Origin: Candidatus Brocadiia bacterium
Lineage (GTDB): Bacteria > Planctomycetota > Brocadiia > CAIUPP01
Reading direction: 5' to 3'
DNA: 64,000 nt
NCBI GenBank assembly: GCA_050015075.1
Contig: JBEKCB010000004.1
Location: 96,001 to 160,000 of the forward strand
The notes under the pieces: model-generated
Told to the model about the DNA's origin: nothing
The model's database searches: none
What the model saw: the letters and a program-made list of their open reading frames with translations, nothing else
Part shown: in pieces, positions 47,192 through 56,568 of the stretch
Layout: each line of letters opens with the position of its first letter
Position numbering within the stretch: the first letter of the stretch is position 1
Translations under genes and position numbers: made by a program

Positions 47192-48187
47192 ATGGCCCGC
47201 AAAATGATCGGCATTGACCTGGGCGGCACGTTCATCAAGGCCGGCGTCGTGGACGATAAAGGGCGCGTCTTGAGCCGCGTGAAAAAACCGACGGATACGG
47301 CGGAAGGCCGGGATACGATCATCCGGAACATCGCCGCGGCGGTGGTCGAGGCGCGCGAGCAGGCCGGAGTGAACTGGCGGAGCATTTCCGCGGTCGGGCT
47401 CGGTGCGCCCGGGCTGTTCGAGCAGCCGAGCGGGATCGTCAGCCAGTCGCCGAACCTGCCGGTGCTCGCCGGCAAGGTGCTCGCCCCGCCCGTCATGAAA
47501 GCCGCCGGGCACCCGGAAATCCCGGTGGTGCTGGAGAACGATGCGAACGTCGCCGCCTTCGCCGAGGCGTGGATCGGCTGTGCGCGCGGCGTCGGCACGA
47601 TGGCGCTGATGACCCTCGGCACCGGCATCGGCGGCGGCATCGTGCTGAACGGCGAAATCTGGCGCGGCTTTCGCGGGGTGGCGGGCGAAGTCGGCCACCA
47701 GAACCTTTTCCCGAACGGCGTGCGTTGCGGTTGCGGAAACCGCGGCTGCCTCGAGGCCTACGCCTCCGCGACGGCGCTGGTCCGCCGCCTCAAGAAGGCC
47801 GTCCGAGACGGGAAGCGGACCCGGCTGACGGCGGAGCTGCAGCGCGGAGCGCCGGTGAGCGCGCGCGACATCTGCGAGGCGGCCATCGCCGGCGATCCGC
47901 TCTGCCTGGCGCTCATGGAGGAGACCGGCAGTTTTCTCGGCATCGCGGTGATGAACATGCTTCATATCCTTAATATCGAACTGGTCGCCTTCACCGGCGG
48001 CATGACTGCCGCGGGCGACCTGCTGCTGAACTCCATCCGCAACGAGGCGCGCGAGAGGACCCTGCTGCTGGCGATGAAGGGCGTGAAGATCGTGTTCTCG
48101 AATATGGGCGACGACGCGGGGCTGATCGGCGCCGCCGGCTGGGCGCTGCGCCGGACGCACGGCCTGCGCCTCGGAGGACGCGCGTGA
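47192..48187 (+). CDS. ROK family sugar kinase (glucokinase-like)
   Basis: [36 protein letters not shown]. Confidence 0.9.
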   Translation: MARKMIGIDLGGTFIKAGVVDDKGRVLSRVKKPTDTAEGRDTIIRNIAAAVVEAREQAGVNWRSISAVGLGAPGLFEQPSGIVSQSPNLPVLAGKVLAPPVMKAAGHPEIPVVLENDANVAAFAEAWIGCARGVGTMALMTLGTGIGGGIVLNGEIWRGFRGVAGEVGHQNLFPNGVRCGCGNRGCLEAYASATALVRRLKKAVRDGKRTRLTAELQRGAPVSARDICEAAIAGDPLCLALMEETGSFLGIAVMNMLHILNIELVAFTGGMTAAGDLLLNSIRNEARERTLLLAMKGVKIVFSNMGDDAGLIGAAGWALRRTHGLRLGGRA

Positions 48188-49758
48188 CGAAGGCTGACGA
48201 AAAGCAGCCGCACAGCCCGCCGGTCCGGCCGCGGCATCCCTGGCGCGACACCATCGAGGGCGTGCTCGGCGCGCTCGTGCTGGTGCTGATCATCCGGCAT
48301 TTCGTCTTCGAGGTCTTCCGGATTCCCACCGGCTCGATGGCGCCCACGCTCCTCGGTCAGCACCGCGATCTCAAGTGTCCGAACTGCGGGCTGGAATTCC
48401 CGGTGGATTCGAACCTGGGCACCAACAGGCTCGCGGCCATCTGCCCCAACTGCAAGTACGAATTCCCGTCGTCGGAAGTCCGGAAGACGTTCTGCACGTG
48501 CTTCCCGTCGTGGCCGCCGGAGCTGTTCGGCGGCGGCGACAACCGCGTGATCGTGGACAAGTTCATGTGGGACGATCCGCAGGACGGGCTCGCGCGGCTC
48601 TTCTACCGCAACGGCCTTCCCCGCGAATTTTCGCCGCCGAAACGCTGGGATGTGATCGTCTTCCACTGTCCGGTCGTGGATGTGCGATGCAGAACCTGTG
48701 GCACCTATTCAACAGGGGTGCGGATAGACGAGAGCGCAAAGTGCCCCGTGTGCGGCTCGACGGACGTGCAGATCCTCAACGAGAAGAACTACATCAAGCG
48801 ACTCATCGGCCTGCCCGGTGAAACGATCCGGATCCGCCATGGCGACATCTTAGTGAACGGCAAGCTCGCGGTCAGGCCGCCCGACGTGCAGGATGCGCAG
48901 TGGCAGTTCGTGTACGACAGCGCGTATGTGCCGAAGGAGCCGGTCGCATCGGCGCCGGCGGCGTGGATCACCGAGGAAGGCGCCACGAAGCTGGACGGCG
49001 CCACGTTGCGGCTGACACCCGGCGCGGGCGGAAGAGCCGAGGCGCGATACGGACGCCGGATCAGCGACGTTTCCACGTACAGCGGCTACGACAGCATGCT
49101 TCCGTATTACTCGGCCGGCGAGCGCGGCGCGGCTTATTACCCCGTGGGCGAGATCAAGTGTGACGCCGAGGTGACGCTTGACCGCGCCGGTGTGCTCCGC
49201 CTGGCCATTGACGAGGACGAGTCGCACTACGTCGGCACGGTCCGGTTCGGCGCCGCCGGCGCAAAGACGAGCCTGCGCGCCTCCAGTGACGGCATCGCGT
49301 CGGTCGAGAGCGACTTCGCCGCCGAACCGGGCAAGCGGCATCGGGTGACCTTCACCAATGCCTCGGGCCGACTCGAACTGGCAGTGGATGGCGCGACGGT
49401 GCTCTCCTGCGAGCACCCGATGCCGCAGAACGCTCAGACGGTCAGCAGCGGCGCTGCGCTCAGTGTGGAATCGGCCGAGGCTGAGTTCAGCCGCGTTCGG
49501 CTCTATCGCACCGTCTACTACCGGCCGCCCGACGGAGGCACCTTTGCGGCTGACATCTCGGGCAGGAGCGTCATGATGCCGGATTCCTTGATCGGCGCGG
49601 ACGGCTACCGTCTTCCTGAAGACCAATACCTGGTGCTCGGCGATAACCAGCCCAATAGTTGGGACAGCCGGTACTGGGGAACGGTGCCACGGCGCAATCT
49701 CATCGGCCAGGGCGTGGTTCTCTGGTGGCCGGTGAATATGCTGCGAGCGATCTACTAA
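48184..49758 (+). CDS. lepB: Signal peptidase I with zinc-ribbon and beta-domain insertions
   Basis: [10 protein letters not shown] (Ser), [12 protein letters not shown] (Lys), LGDN..NS.DSRYWG; four CxxC motifs. Confidence 0.88.
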   Translation: MTKADEKQPHSPPVRPRHPWRDTIEGVLGALVLVLIIRHFVFEVFRIPTGSMAPTLLGQHRDLKCPNCGLEFPVDSNLGTNRLAAICPNCKYEFPSSEVRKTFCTCFPSWPPELFGGGDNRVIVDKFMWDDPQDGLARLFYRNGLPREFSPPKRWDVIVFHCPVVDVRCRTCGTYSTGVRIDESAKCPVCGSTDVQILNEKNYIKRLIGLPGETIRIRHGDILVNGKLAVRPPDVQDAQWQFVYDSAYVPKEPVASAPAAWITEEGATKLDGATLRLTPGAGGRAEARYGRRISDVSTYSGYDSMLPYYSAGERGAAYYPVGEIKCDAEVTLDRAGVLRLAIDEDESHYVGTVRFGAAGAKTSLRASSDGIASVESDFAAEPGKRHRVTFTNASGRLELAVDGATVLSCEHPMPQNAQTVSSGAALSVESAEAEFSRVRLYRTVYYRPPDGGTFAADISGRSVMMPDSLIGADGYRLPEDQYLVLGDNQPNSWDSRYWGTVPRRNLIGQGVVLWWPVNMLRAIY

Positions 49759-49991
49759 ATGCCGGCATGAATTCAGGCCCCCACGGCGCGTTAAAACTAG
49801 CCTCTATTAGATATAACCCACGACTCACCCTCCATTTATAGCACTTTTTCCGCCACAGCTCAGTTTACTGACCATATTCATGACTAATAGTCGTATGATT
49901 ATATGCACAAGTTAGTTACATATACTTGACAAATATGGTATTATACTATCGGCATGTAAAACGAGGCCGAGCAAGTGACAAGGAGTTAACC

Positions 49992-50489
49992 ATGCGTACT
50001 GAACATTCAACAATTCGTAATCCGCTGATGCGGCACAGGCGTATGGCGTACATACGCGGCAAACTTCTGGAGACACGGCGCCAACTGCTTGAGCGCATGG
50101 AGGCCGAACTGACGGAACCGGATGAGCCGGCAGGCGTTCCGGGCGATCCTGCCGACATGGCTCATTCGGTCTCCGCACGCGAGACGTCGTACGAGATCGG
50201 ATCGGTCGAGTCGCGGACGGTTGCGCAGATTGATTACATGCTGCAACGGATAGACAGCGGGAAGTACGGCATCTGCGAAGACTGCGGCAAACGGATTCCG
50301 CCGGCGCGGCTCAAAGCAATGCCGTTCGCGTACTTGTGCGTGGAGTGCAAGCAGCATGATGAGCAGGCCGATGAGAAGAGCGAGGCGGAAACGGTGATCG
50401 AGTCGCTGGAACTCGGCGAACTCGGCGATGGCGACACGGGCGAAGCCGAGGGCAAGCACGAGACCATACGCGGCGGCCGCCCGGCGTGA
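49992..50489 (+). CDS. dksA: TraR/DksA family transcriptional regulator
   Basis: DPADMA (DxxDxA) coiled-coil tip, YGICEDC..IP..RL.AMP....CVEC zinc finger; ATG 49992 after AAGGAG; AT-rich upstream region. Confidence 0.8.
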   Translation: MRTEHSTIRNPLMRHRRMAYIRGKLLETRRQLLERMEAELTEPDEPAGVPGDPADMAHSVSARETSYEIGSVESRTVAQIDYMLQRIDSGKYGICEDCGKRIPPARLKAMPFAYLCVECKQHDEQADEKSEAETVIESLELGELGDGDTGEAEGKHETIRGGRPA

Positions 50490-50493
50490 AATG

Positions 50494-50558
50494 AGTGCGG
50501 ATTGCGGAGTGTGGAGTGCGTAGCGAACGGCATGATCATCACCCCGCAATCCGCAATC
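50494..50558. repeat. Degenerate inverted repeat of 7-nt tandem units (TGCGGAT/ATCCGCA)
   Basis: AGTGCGGATTGCGGAGTGTGGAGTGCG ... CCGCAATCCGCAAT; a related solo arm AGTGCGGAGTGCGGAATG lies near 31283. Confidence 0.55.
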
Positions 50559-50647
50559 TCCCTTCCTGCGTCTTGACACGATGAGACTGCTTTCGGATAA
50601 TCCGGCCATTGGCATGTGGGGATTCCTTTTTCGAGGTGTGACGCGCC

Positions 50648-52024
50648 GTGCCACAGCCGGAACCATCTGCGACTCGCCTGAAGGCGTTGGTCGTTGACGA
50701 CGAAGCGGGGATTCGCGAAGTCTGCGCGATGGCGATCTCTGCGGAGGGCGCGGAGGCCTTCACGGCGGCGACCGGCGTCGAAGGCCTCGCGCTGGCCACT
50801 GAACTCCTGCCCGATTTCCTCTTCCTGGACGTCGGCCTCACGGACGCGAACGGAATGGAGCTCCTTCGCGAAATCCGCAGCCGGCTGCCTTCCATCCGCG
50901 TCGTGGTCATCACCGGGCTGGCGACGGTGGAAATGGCCGTCGAGGCCATGAAACTCGGCGCATACGATTACCTCGCCAAGCCGCACATCATCCCGCAAAT
51001 CCGCGAGATGATCGCGCAGTCCATGCGGCCGGGGCCGGCGGCGGAGAGCGCGGCGCCCGTGGATAGTTTCTGCGGGCTCGTCGGCAGCTCGCGCGTCATG
51101 CAGCAGGTTTACGTCCTCATTGACAAGGCCGCGCGCTCCGACAGCACCGTGTTGATCCAGGGCGAAAGCGGCACGGGCAAGGAACTCGTGGCGCGGGCGA
51201 TTCACATCCGCTCGCCGCGCGCCTCGCAGCCGTTCGTGCCCGTGGACTGCGGCGCGATCGCGCCTTCGGTCATCGAGAGCGAGCTCTTCGGCCACGCGGC
51301 CGGGGCGTACACGGACGCGCGGACGGCCGGCGTCGGCCTGCTGCGCAGCGCCGGCGGCGGGACAGCGTTCCTGGACGAGATCGGCGAACTCCCCACGGCG
51401 GTCCAGGTTAAACTGCTGCGCGCGCTGCAGGAGATGGAAGTGCGGCCGGTCGGCAGCACGCACACCGAGCCGCTCGGATCGCGCATCATCGCCGCCACCA
51501 ACCTCGACCTGGGCCAAGCCGTGACGCTGGGCCGCTTCCGCCGCGACCTGTTCTATCGCCTGCACGTCGTGCCCATTTTCATCCCGCCGCTGCGCGAGCG
51601 GCGCGAGGACGTCGCCCTGCTCATCGAGCACTTCATGGGCGACTGCGCCGGCCGATCGGGCCGCACGTTCTCCATGACGCCGGAGACGGTCGAACACCTG
51701 GCTCGCTGCGACTGGCCGGGAAACGTGCGCGAGCTGGAGAACCTGATCCGCCGCGCCTTCGCGCTGCTCGATGGCGACACGATCCGGCTGTCCGACATGC
51801 CGATGCTCTTCGACCCGAAGGCCGCGGGAAACGCCGCGCCGGCGGTCGAGCCCGCAGGTCAGGCCGCGGGGACGAAGGGACACCTGCTGGAGGACCGCGC
51901 GGTGGAAACGATCCGCGACGCCATCCGCCAGGCGAACGGCAACAAGCGCGAGGCCGCGCGCATCCTCGGCATCGGAATCGCAACGCTCTATCGCAAGATG
52001 AAAAAGCACGGCATCAGCGATTGA
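50648..52024 (+). CDS. NtrC-family sigma54-dependent response regulator (REC-AAA+-Fis HTH)
   Basis: LVVDDE and FLDV receiver, GESGTGKE, ESELFGH..GAYTDA, FLDEIGE, WPGNVREL, HTH; promoter candidate TTGACA (50573) - 17 - GATAAT. Confidence 0.92.
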   Translation: MPQPEPSATRLKALVVDDEAGIREVCAMAISAEGAEAFTAATGVEGLALATELLPDFLFLDVGLTDANGMELLREIRSRLPSIRVVVITGLATVEMAVEAMKLGAYDYLAKPHIIPQIREMIAQSMRPGPAAESAAPVDSFCGLVGSSRVMQQVYVLIDKAARSDSTVLIQGESGTGKELVARAIHIRSPRASQPFVPVDCGAIAPSVIESELFGHAAGAYTDARTAGVGLLRSAGGGTAFLDEIGELPTAVQVKLLRALQEMEVRPVGSTHTEPLGSRIIAATNLDLGQAVTLGRFRRDLFYRLHVVPIFIPPLRERREDVALLIEHFMGDCAGRSGRTFSMTPETVEHLARCDWPGNVRELENLIRRAFALLDGDTIRLSDMPMLFDPKAAGNAAPAVEPAGQAAGTKGHLLEDRAVETIRDAIRQANGNKREAARILGIGIATLYRKMKKHGISD

Positions 52025-52244
52025 GAAATCATACGGTCCGGCATCCCGCCGCCGCCATCTTTTCGACCCGCCTGGTGCTTCCTTGCGGAAATAGGCGTCC
52101 TATTTCCGCAAGGAAGCATGACCGCAATAAGCCGCGTCGTTATGCCGAGCACATTAGCCGCGCCGACGGCTGCGCGGCTGGTGCATCAATAGAGAATGCG
52201 CGCCGAGCGCGCATTTTCTTAGGAGTTTTACGTTCCGTTGGGCC

Positions 52245-52290
52245 GTGTTTAGATGCGTAAATTGGTACGCCAATTTACGCAACTAAACAC
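52245..52290. other. 21-bp-arm near-perfect hairpin in an AT-rich intergenic region
   Basis: GTGTTTAGATGCGTAAATTGG-TACG-CCAATTTACGCAACTAAACAC (one mismatch). Confidence 0.7.
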
Positions 52291-52569
52291 TAGGGATTCC
52301 GCTCCACTGGAATGAGTTCCATAGTGATAGCGGACACCCGCAGTGAGCGTATCATCCTTATCTCATGATCTGACAACATGTTACACGCCGAAATGTGGCC
52401 AGTTCTCATCCCCGCGCTTCCAAGTTGATAATTCAGATGTAACAGGCCGCTCGCCGGCGCCCAACTGCCACGCACGAGCGCGCAACGTAAGTATTTATTT
52501 CTCACCGCCTTACGCCTTGAGCCGAACCTCCAATCCTGCGAGACGATTTTCCTTCGAAATTTCCATTCG

Positions 52570-52585
52570 CGGCATCCCCTTTGCT
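52570..52585 (+). promoter_or_regulatory. sigma54 promoter upstream of the second NtrC-family regulator
   Basis: CGGCATCCCCTTTGCT: GG-N10-GC with TTGCT, about 60 nt before ATG 52647. Confidence 0.55.
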
Positions 52586-52646
52586 TTTCCGACTAACGCT
52601 TGCGCTGCGGCGTTACGTGAATTCTTCGAATGAAGGAAGGAATGAC

Positions 52647-54026
52647 ATGGCAGCGAACGCAGTGGTGATGGTCGTGGACGACGACGAGAAACTGCGGAGT
52701 CTGGTCGGCACCGTGCTCTCTCGCGCGGGGCACGAAGTCATCACCGCCGCCGACGGCGAGGAGGCGCTCGGCCTGCTCAGCGAGAAGTTGCCGGACCTGG
52801 TGCTGACGGACCTCAGCATGCCGCGAATGGACGGCGTGCGGCTTGTCGAGGAAGTGCGGAAACGCGACCCCCTGCTGCCGCTGATCGTTCTCACCGGGCT
52901 CGGGACGGTGGACAAGGCCGTCGAGATGATGCAGAAGGGTGCGTGCGACTTCATCGCGAAACCGTTCAGCACTGAGCAGCTCGCCCGTTCGGTGAAGAGC
53001 GCGCTCCAGAGCCAGCTCTTCCGGCGCGAAGTGCTGCGCCTGCGTTCCGAGCAGCGCTCGCGGCTGGGCGACATCGGCGCGGAGCTTATCAGCGCCAGCC
53101 CGAAAATGGCCGCCATCTATCGCATGGTCAAGCAGGTCGCTCACAGCCCGACGACGACGGTGCTGATCCAGGGCGAGAGCGGCACGGGCAAAGAGCTGAT
53201 CGCGCGCGCGATCCACCTCTCGTCGGCGCGGCGCGGGCAGTGCTTCATGGAGATCAACTGCGCGGCGCTGAACGAGTCGCTCCTCGAGGCGGAACTCTTC
53301 GGGTACGAGAAAAATGCATTCACGGGCGCGGCGACCGCCGGCAAGCCGGGCCTCTTCGAGGTCGCGGACGGCGGCACGGTGTTCCTCGACGAGATCGGCG
53401 AGATGACGCTGCCGCTGCAGGCGAAGCTGTTGCGTGTGCTCCAGGAGCGGCGCTTCAAGCGCGTCGGCGGCATCGAGGACGTGGAAGTGGACGTGCGCAT
53501 CATCGCCTCGACGAACCGCGACCTGGAGACGCTCATCCGGCAGGGCCAGTTCAGGCTGGACCTGTTCTACCGCCTGCGCGTCATGCCGCTGCTGCTGCCG
53601 CCGCTGCGTGAGCGGAAAGAGGACATTGAGCCGATCGCGCAGCACTACGTCGAGTTCTTCAGCTCGCGCCTCTTCAAGAAGGTCACGGGCCTCACGGCGC
53701 AGGCGCTCCAAGCGCTTGAGAAGTATCGCTGGCCGGGCAACGTGCGCGAACTGCGCAATGTCATCGAGCGAGCCGTGATCCTGTCGCCGGGCGGCGAGAT
53801 CGGCTCCGAATCGCTCCTCTTCCGCGGCGCGCCGAGCGGCCCGGAGGCCGACGCGGAATGCGCGTCGGAGAACCTGTCCATGGCCGAAACGGAACGGCGG
53901 CTGATCGGCCGCGTGCTGACGAACACCGCCTGGCGCAAGGGCCAGGCGGCGCAAATCCTGGGCATCAATCGCACGACGCTCTACAACAAAATCCGCGAGT
54001 ACTCACTGGCGCCGGGCGTCGGATAA
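52647..54026 (+). CDS. NtrC-family sigma54-dependent response regulator
   Basis: MVVDDD, LTDLSMP, GESGTGKE, EAELFGYEKNAFTGA, FLDEIGE, WPGNVREL, HTH. Confidence 0.93.
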   Translation: MAANAVVMVVDDDEKLRSLVGTVLSRAGHEVITAADGEEALGLLSEKLPDLVLTDLSMPRMDGVRLVEEVRKRDPLLPLIVLTGLGTVDKAVEMMQKGACDFIAKPFSTEQLARSVKSALQSQLFRREVLRLRSEQRSRLGDIGAELISASPKMAAIYRMVKQVAHSPTTTVLIQGESGTGKELIARAIHLSSARRGQCFMEINCAALNESLLEAELFGYEKNAFTGAATAGKPGLFEVADGGTVFLDEIGEMTLPLQAKLLRVLQERRFKRVGGIEDVEVDVRIIASTNRDLETLIRQGQFRLDLFYRLRVMPLLLPPLRERKEDIEPIAQHYVEFFSSRLFKKVTGLTAQALQALEKYRWPGNVRELRNVIERAVILSPGGEIGSESLLFRGAPSGPEADAECASENLSMAETERRLIGRVLTNTAWRKGQAAQILGINRTTLYNKIREYSLAPGVG

Positions 54027-54037
54027 AGGAGAAAAAG

Positions 54038-54490
54038 ATGGATCGGGAACGGCCGGGCGCGGCTCATGATCTCCGACAGGCCTCGGCGGACGACGGGCAT
54101 GAACACCGCGCCGCCATCGCCGGCGGGCCACAGGAAGGCGCCGTCTCCGCCATGAATGCCGTGCTGAACGGTTACCGGGAAGAGGCGGAGATCTATCTTC
54201 ACGTGCTGCAACTGACATGGCGGCAGCGGGACGTACTCAGGAATGGCTTCGATCTGAGCCTGTTCCGCGATCTGCTGCAAGAAAAAGAGGATCTTCTGCG
54301 GATGGCCGCGCAGATCAACTCGGAAATGAAGAACGCCAAATCGCTCGTGCTGTCTTACCCCGCGACGCAGTGGCCGGAACGCCGGGAACTGGAGACGGTG
54401 CTCGACCGACTGGCCGACACGGTCGAGGAGGTCCGCATCGCCGAGGACAAAAACGCATGCCTGCTGGAGACCGCCCCTTCGAAGAATTGA
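54038..54490 (+). CDS. Small helical protein, FlgN-like chaperone (tentative)
   Basis: AAGGAG RBS; helical pattern E..IY..VL.L...Q..L....DL......LL.EKE.L...N..LL; probably co-transcribed with the regulator. Confidence 0.5.
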   Translation: MDRERPGAAHDLRQASADDGHEHRAAIAGGPQEGAVSAMNAVLNGYREEAEIYLHVLQLTWRQRDVLRNGFDLSLFRDLLQEKEDLLRMAAQINSEMKNAKSLVLSYPATQWPERRELETVLDRLADTVEEVRIAEDKNACLLETAPSKN

Positions 54491-54507
54491 TCGGAATGTC
54501 GTTGTTT

Positions 54508-54556
54508 GTAATGGCGCCGTCAGGCGCTGCTTCGTATGCCCTGCCGGGCACACTAC
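54508..54556. repeat. REP/REPIN-like element, family B copy 1
   Basis: GTAATG-GCGCC-gtca-GGCGC...TGCCC-tgcc-GGGCA-CACTAC; near-identical to 58093-58149. Confidence 0.7.
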
Positions 54557-54563
54557 GGGCGGA

Positions 54564-55124
54564 TCATTTCGCTGAAGTCGCCGCAGAAGACACCGTGGCC
54601 GGACTGCCCGTCTCCGGCGTCGAGCCGCCGCGGGCTATGAGTTCGCGGACTCTTTTTCGCAACGGGGCTACGTCCTGTTGATTAAACTGCCTGGCATCGG
54701 CCACCAGCTTTAGATTCACTGAATTGACCCCGTCGCGCGCCTTCTGGATCGCGTCCGCGTCGGCGCCGCGCTCAGCCTGCACCAGTTGCTGGAAAGCAAG
54801 GAGGCGCGCTGCTTCATCCTGATGCACGACCTGCAAGTCTGCGATCGCCTTATCGAGCAGCGTCTGAACTTCCGGATCGTTCTTGGCATGAAGATTAACC
54901 GCCGCGACCATGAGAATCTGCGGCAAATCCCCCGTGTCAGGCCGTTGTGAGTCGCCGGGGCCCGGTCGTTTCGTAGCCGCCCCTTGGCCGGCCACAGGCT
55001 GCGTGGCGCCCGCGGTGGAAGGCGAGACGGGAGTGGCATTCGGGTCAGCCGCGTAAGCTACGACCACGAGCATCACGAGGGCTGCCGCGACCGCGACGCC
55101 GCTCCAGATCAAATGCTTTCTCAT
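54564..55124 (-). CDS. Secreted helical hypothetical protein
   Basis: Signal peptide MRKHLIWSGVAVAAALVMLVVVAYA|AD; ATG 55124; preceded by a strong sigma54 motif. Confidence 0.65.
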   Translation of the reverse strand: MRKHLIWSGVAVAAALVMLVVVAYAADPNATPVSPSTAGATQPVAGQGAATKRPGPGDSQRPDTGDLPQILMVAAVNLHAKNDPEVQTLLDKAIADLQVVHQDEAARLLAFQQLVQAERGADADAIQKARDGVNSVNLKLVADARQFNQQDVAPLRKRVRELIARGGSTPETGSPATVSSAATSAK

Positions 55125-55184
55125 CGTTGTGTCTCTTTGCCCGAATGAACCGGCGTCTCTTGCCGTACTCCGCCATAGGGCTAT

Positions 55185-55200
55185 AGCAACACTCATGCCA
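55185..55200 (-). promoter_or_regulatory. sigma54 promoter (near consensus)
   Basis: Minus strand TGGCATGAGTGTTGCT versus consensus TGGCACNNNNNTTGCW; IHF-like CACAACGCGTTA about 45 nt further upstream. Confidence 0.7.
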
Positions 55201-55372
55201 ACCTGTCTGCGCACCGGCAGGCGAGGCGCATCGCGCGTCTGCATAACGCGTTGTGACTTATTTTCGGCGACAGCCATGCTGCCGGATCGGCATTGCAGTT
55301 GCCCACACACTTGTCGCGATAGCCTACACGGAGAGCGCGGCGGGTGGCTTGGGCTGCCTCGGGGACAGGATA

Positions 55373-56476
55373 CTAAGAGAGAATCCGGGATGACGGCCCG
55401 TCGGCGGCTCGCTGCGCTCGGCGGACTGCCCACTGGATTGGCAGCAGCAGGATTCGGATCACGAGCGCCGCGAGGACGAGGAGCGGGATGCCGATCGCGC
55501 CGGCGAGCAGCGCTACAAGGAGAATGGCGATTCCCAGGCCGATGACGAACCCGATAGCCGGCAGCGCCACGAACACAACGAGGGCGATGATGAGCGCCGC
55601 CGTCATCAGGGCCAGCGCCACGCCGGCGACCTTGAGCGCCGGCGGGTGAATCTCCCGCCCTCCGAACCGCACACGCCAGCGCGAAAGCGATTCCGGCCTC
55701 GCGCTTCCGGACCCGGCGTCCGGCTTCACCGGGCTGTGGTCCACCGGCGCGACCGAGGCCGTCCGCGCGCTGGAGAGGTAATGAGCGACATCGGCCTGCG
55801 GATCTATGTGCAGCGATTCCGAATATTCCACCACCTCGATCCGGCAGCCCGGCCCGATCGTCACCTGCCGGCCGCGCACTGTGCCCGCGCGCGTGGCTTC
55901 GAGGTGAACGCTTTCCCCCTCGATCGTCTCGGCCGCCAGGAGGGCCGAAGACCACGGCCATGCGAAATCGAGCAGCCGCCATCGCCATGACGCCCGCCGT
56001 ACGGCGATCTCCGGCGCGACGATCTCCGAGGCGCGCGAGCGCCCTGCGAGGGCCATCTGGATTCGCTGCCCGCTGACCGATCCGCCGACGTCGAACGCGC
56101 CGCTCAACTGAAGCTGGTCCACCTCAAGGTTCCCGCCGCACTCCGCGAAGCCGGAGATCGTCGCCTCGCGCGCCTTCAGCGTTCCGCCGGCGATCAGCCG
56201 GCCGGAGAACTTGAGCGTCTCGGCGCGGAGGTCTCCGCCGATCCGGCCCCTGCCGGAGCCGCGCAGCGCCTGCGCCTGCAGGTCGCGTCCGACCTCGAAC
56301 CCGCCGGAGGCGGAGAACGTCCCGGCCTTGACGCCGCCCTCCATCATGCACGAGCCGGCGATGCTGACCGCAGCGGCCTCCAGGTCGCCGCCGGTCCTGC
56401 TCGAGCCGGAAACCGACACCTCGTCATAAACACCGCCGGCGAACTCGGTCTTGCCGGAGAGTTTGAGGGCTTTCAT
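55373..56476 (-). CDS. Polymer-forming cytoskeletal (bactofilin/YhbE-like) beta-helix protein with C-terminal TM helices
   Basis: Repeats xSGxxxxGGDLxAxxL; IEGESVHLEAT.A..VRG..V.IGPGC.IEVVEYS.SL.I; two hydrophobic C-terminal helices. Confidence 0.7.
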   Translation of the reverse strand: MKALKLSGKTEFAGGVYDEVSVSGSSRTGGDLEAAAVSIAGSCMMEGGVKAGTFSASGGFEVGRDLQAQALRGSGRGRIGGDLRAETLKFSGRLIAGGTLKAREATISGFAECGGNLEVDQLQLSGAFDVGGSVSGQRIQMALAGRSRASEIVAPEIAVRRASWRWRLLDFAWPWSSALLAAETIEGESVHLEATRAGTVRGRQVTIGPGCRIEVVEYSESLHIDPQADVAHYLSSARTASVAPVDHSPVKPDAGSGSARPESLSRWRVRFGGREIHPPALKVAGVALALMTAALIIALVVFVALPAIGFVIGLGIAILLVALLAGAIGIPLLVLAALVIRILLLPIQWAVRRAQRAADGPSSRILS

Positions 56477-56568
56477 GTCGAGCCAACTTTCCGAAACCAC
56501 GTCACCTGCAGCGACGCCTCATACAATCCAGAAGATTACCGCCGCGCGCGCGCCGCCGCAAGTCCAAT

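Noticed and set aside
49760-49990. AT-rich stretch as a replication origin or island boundary
   Set aside because: No DnaA-box cluster, tRNA or integrase; it is most simply the promoter region of the dksA-like gene.
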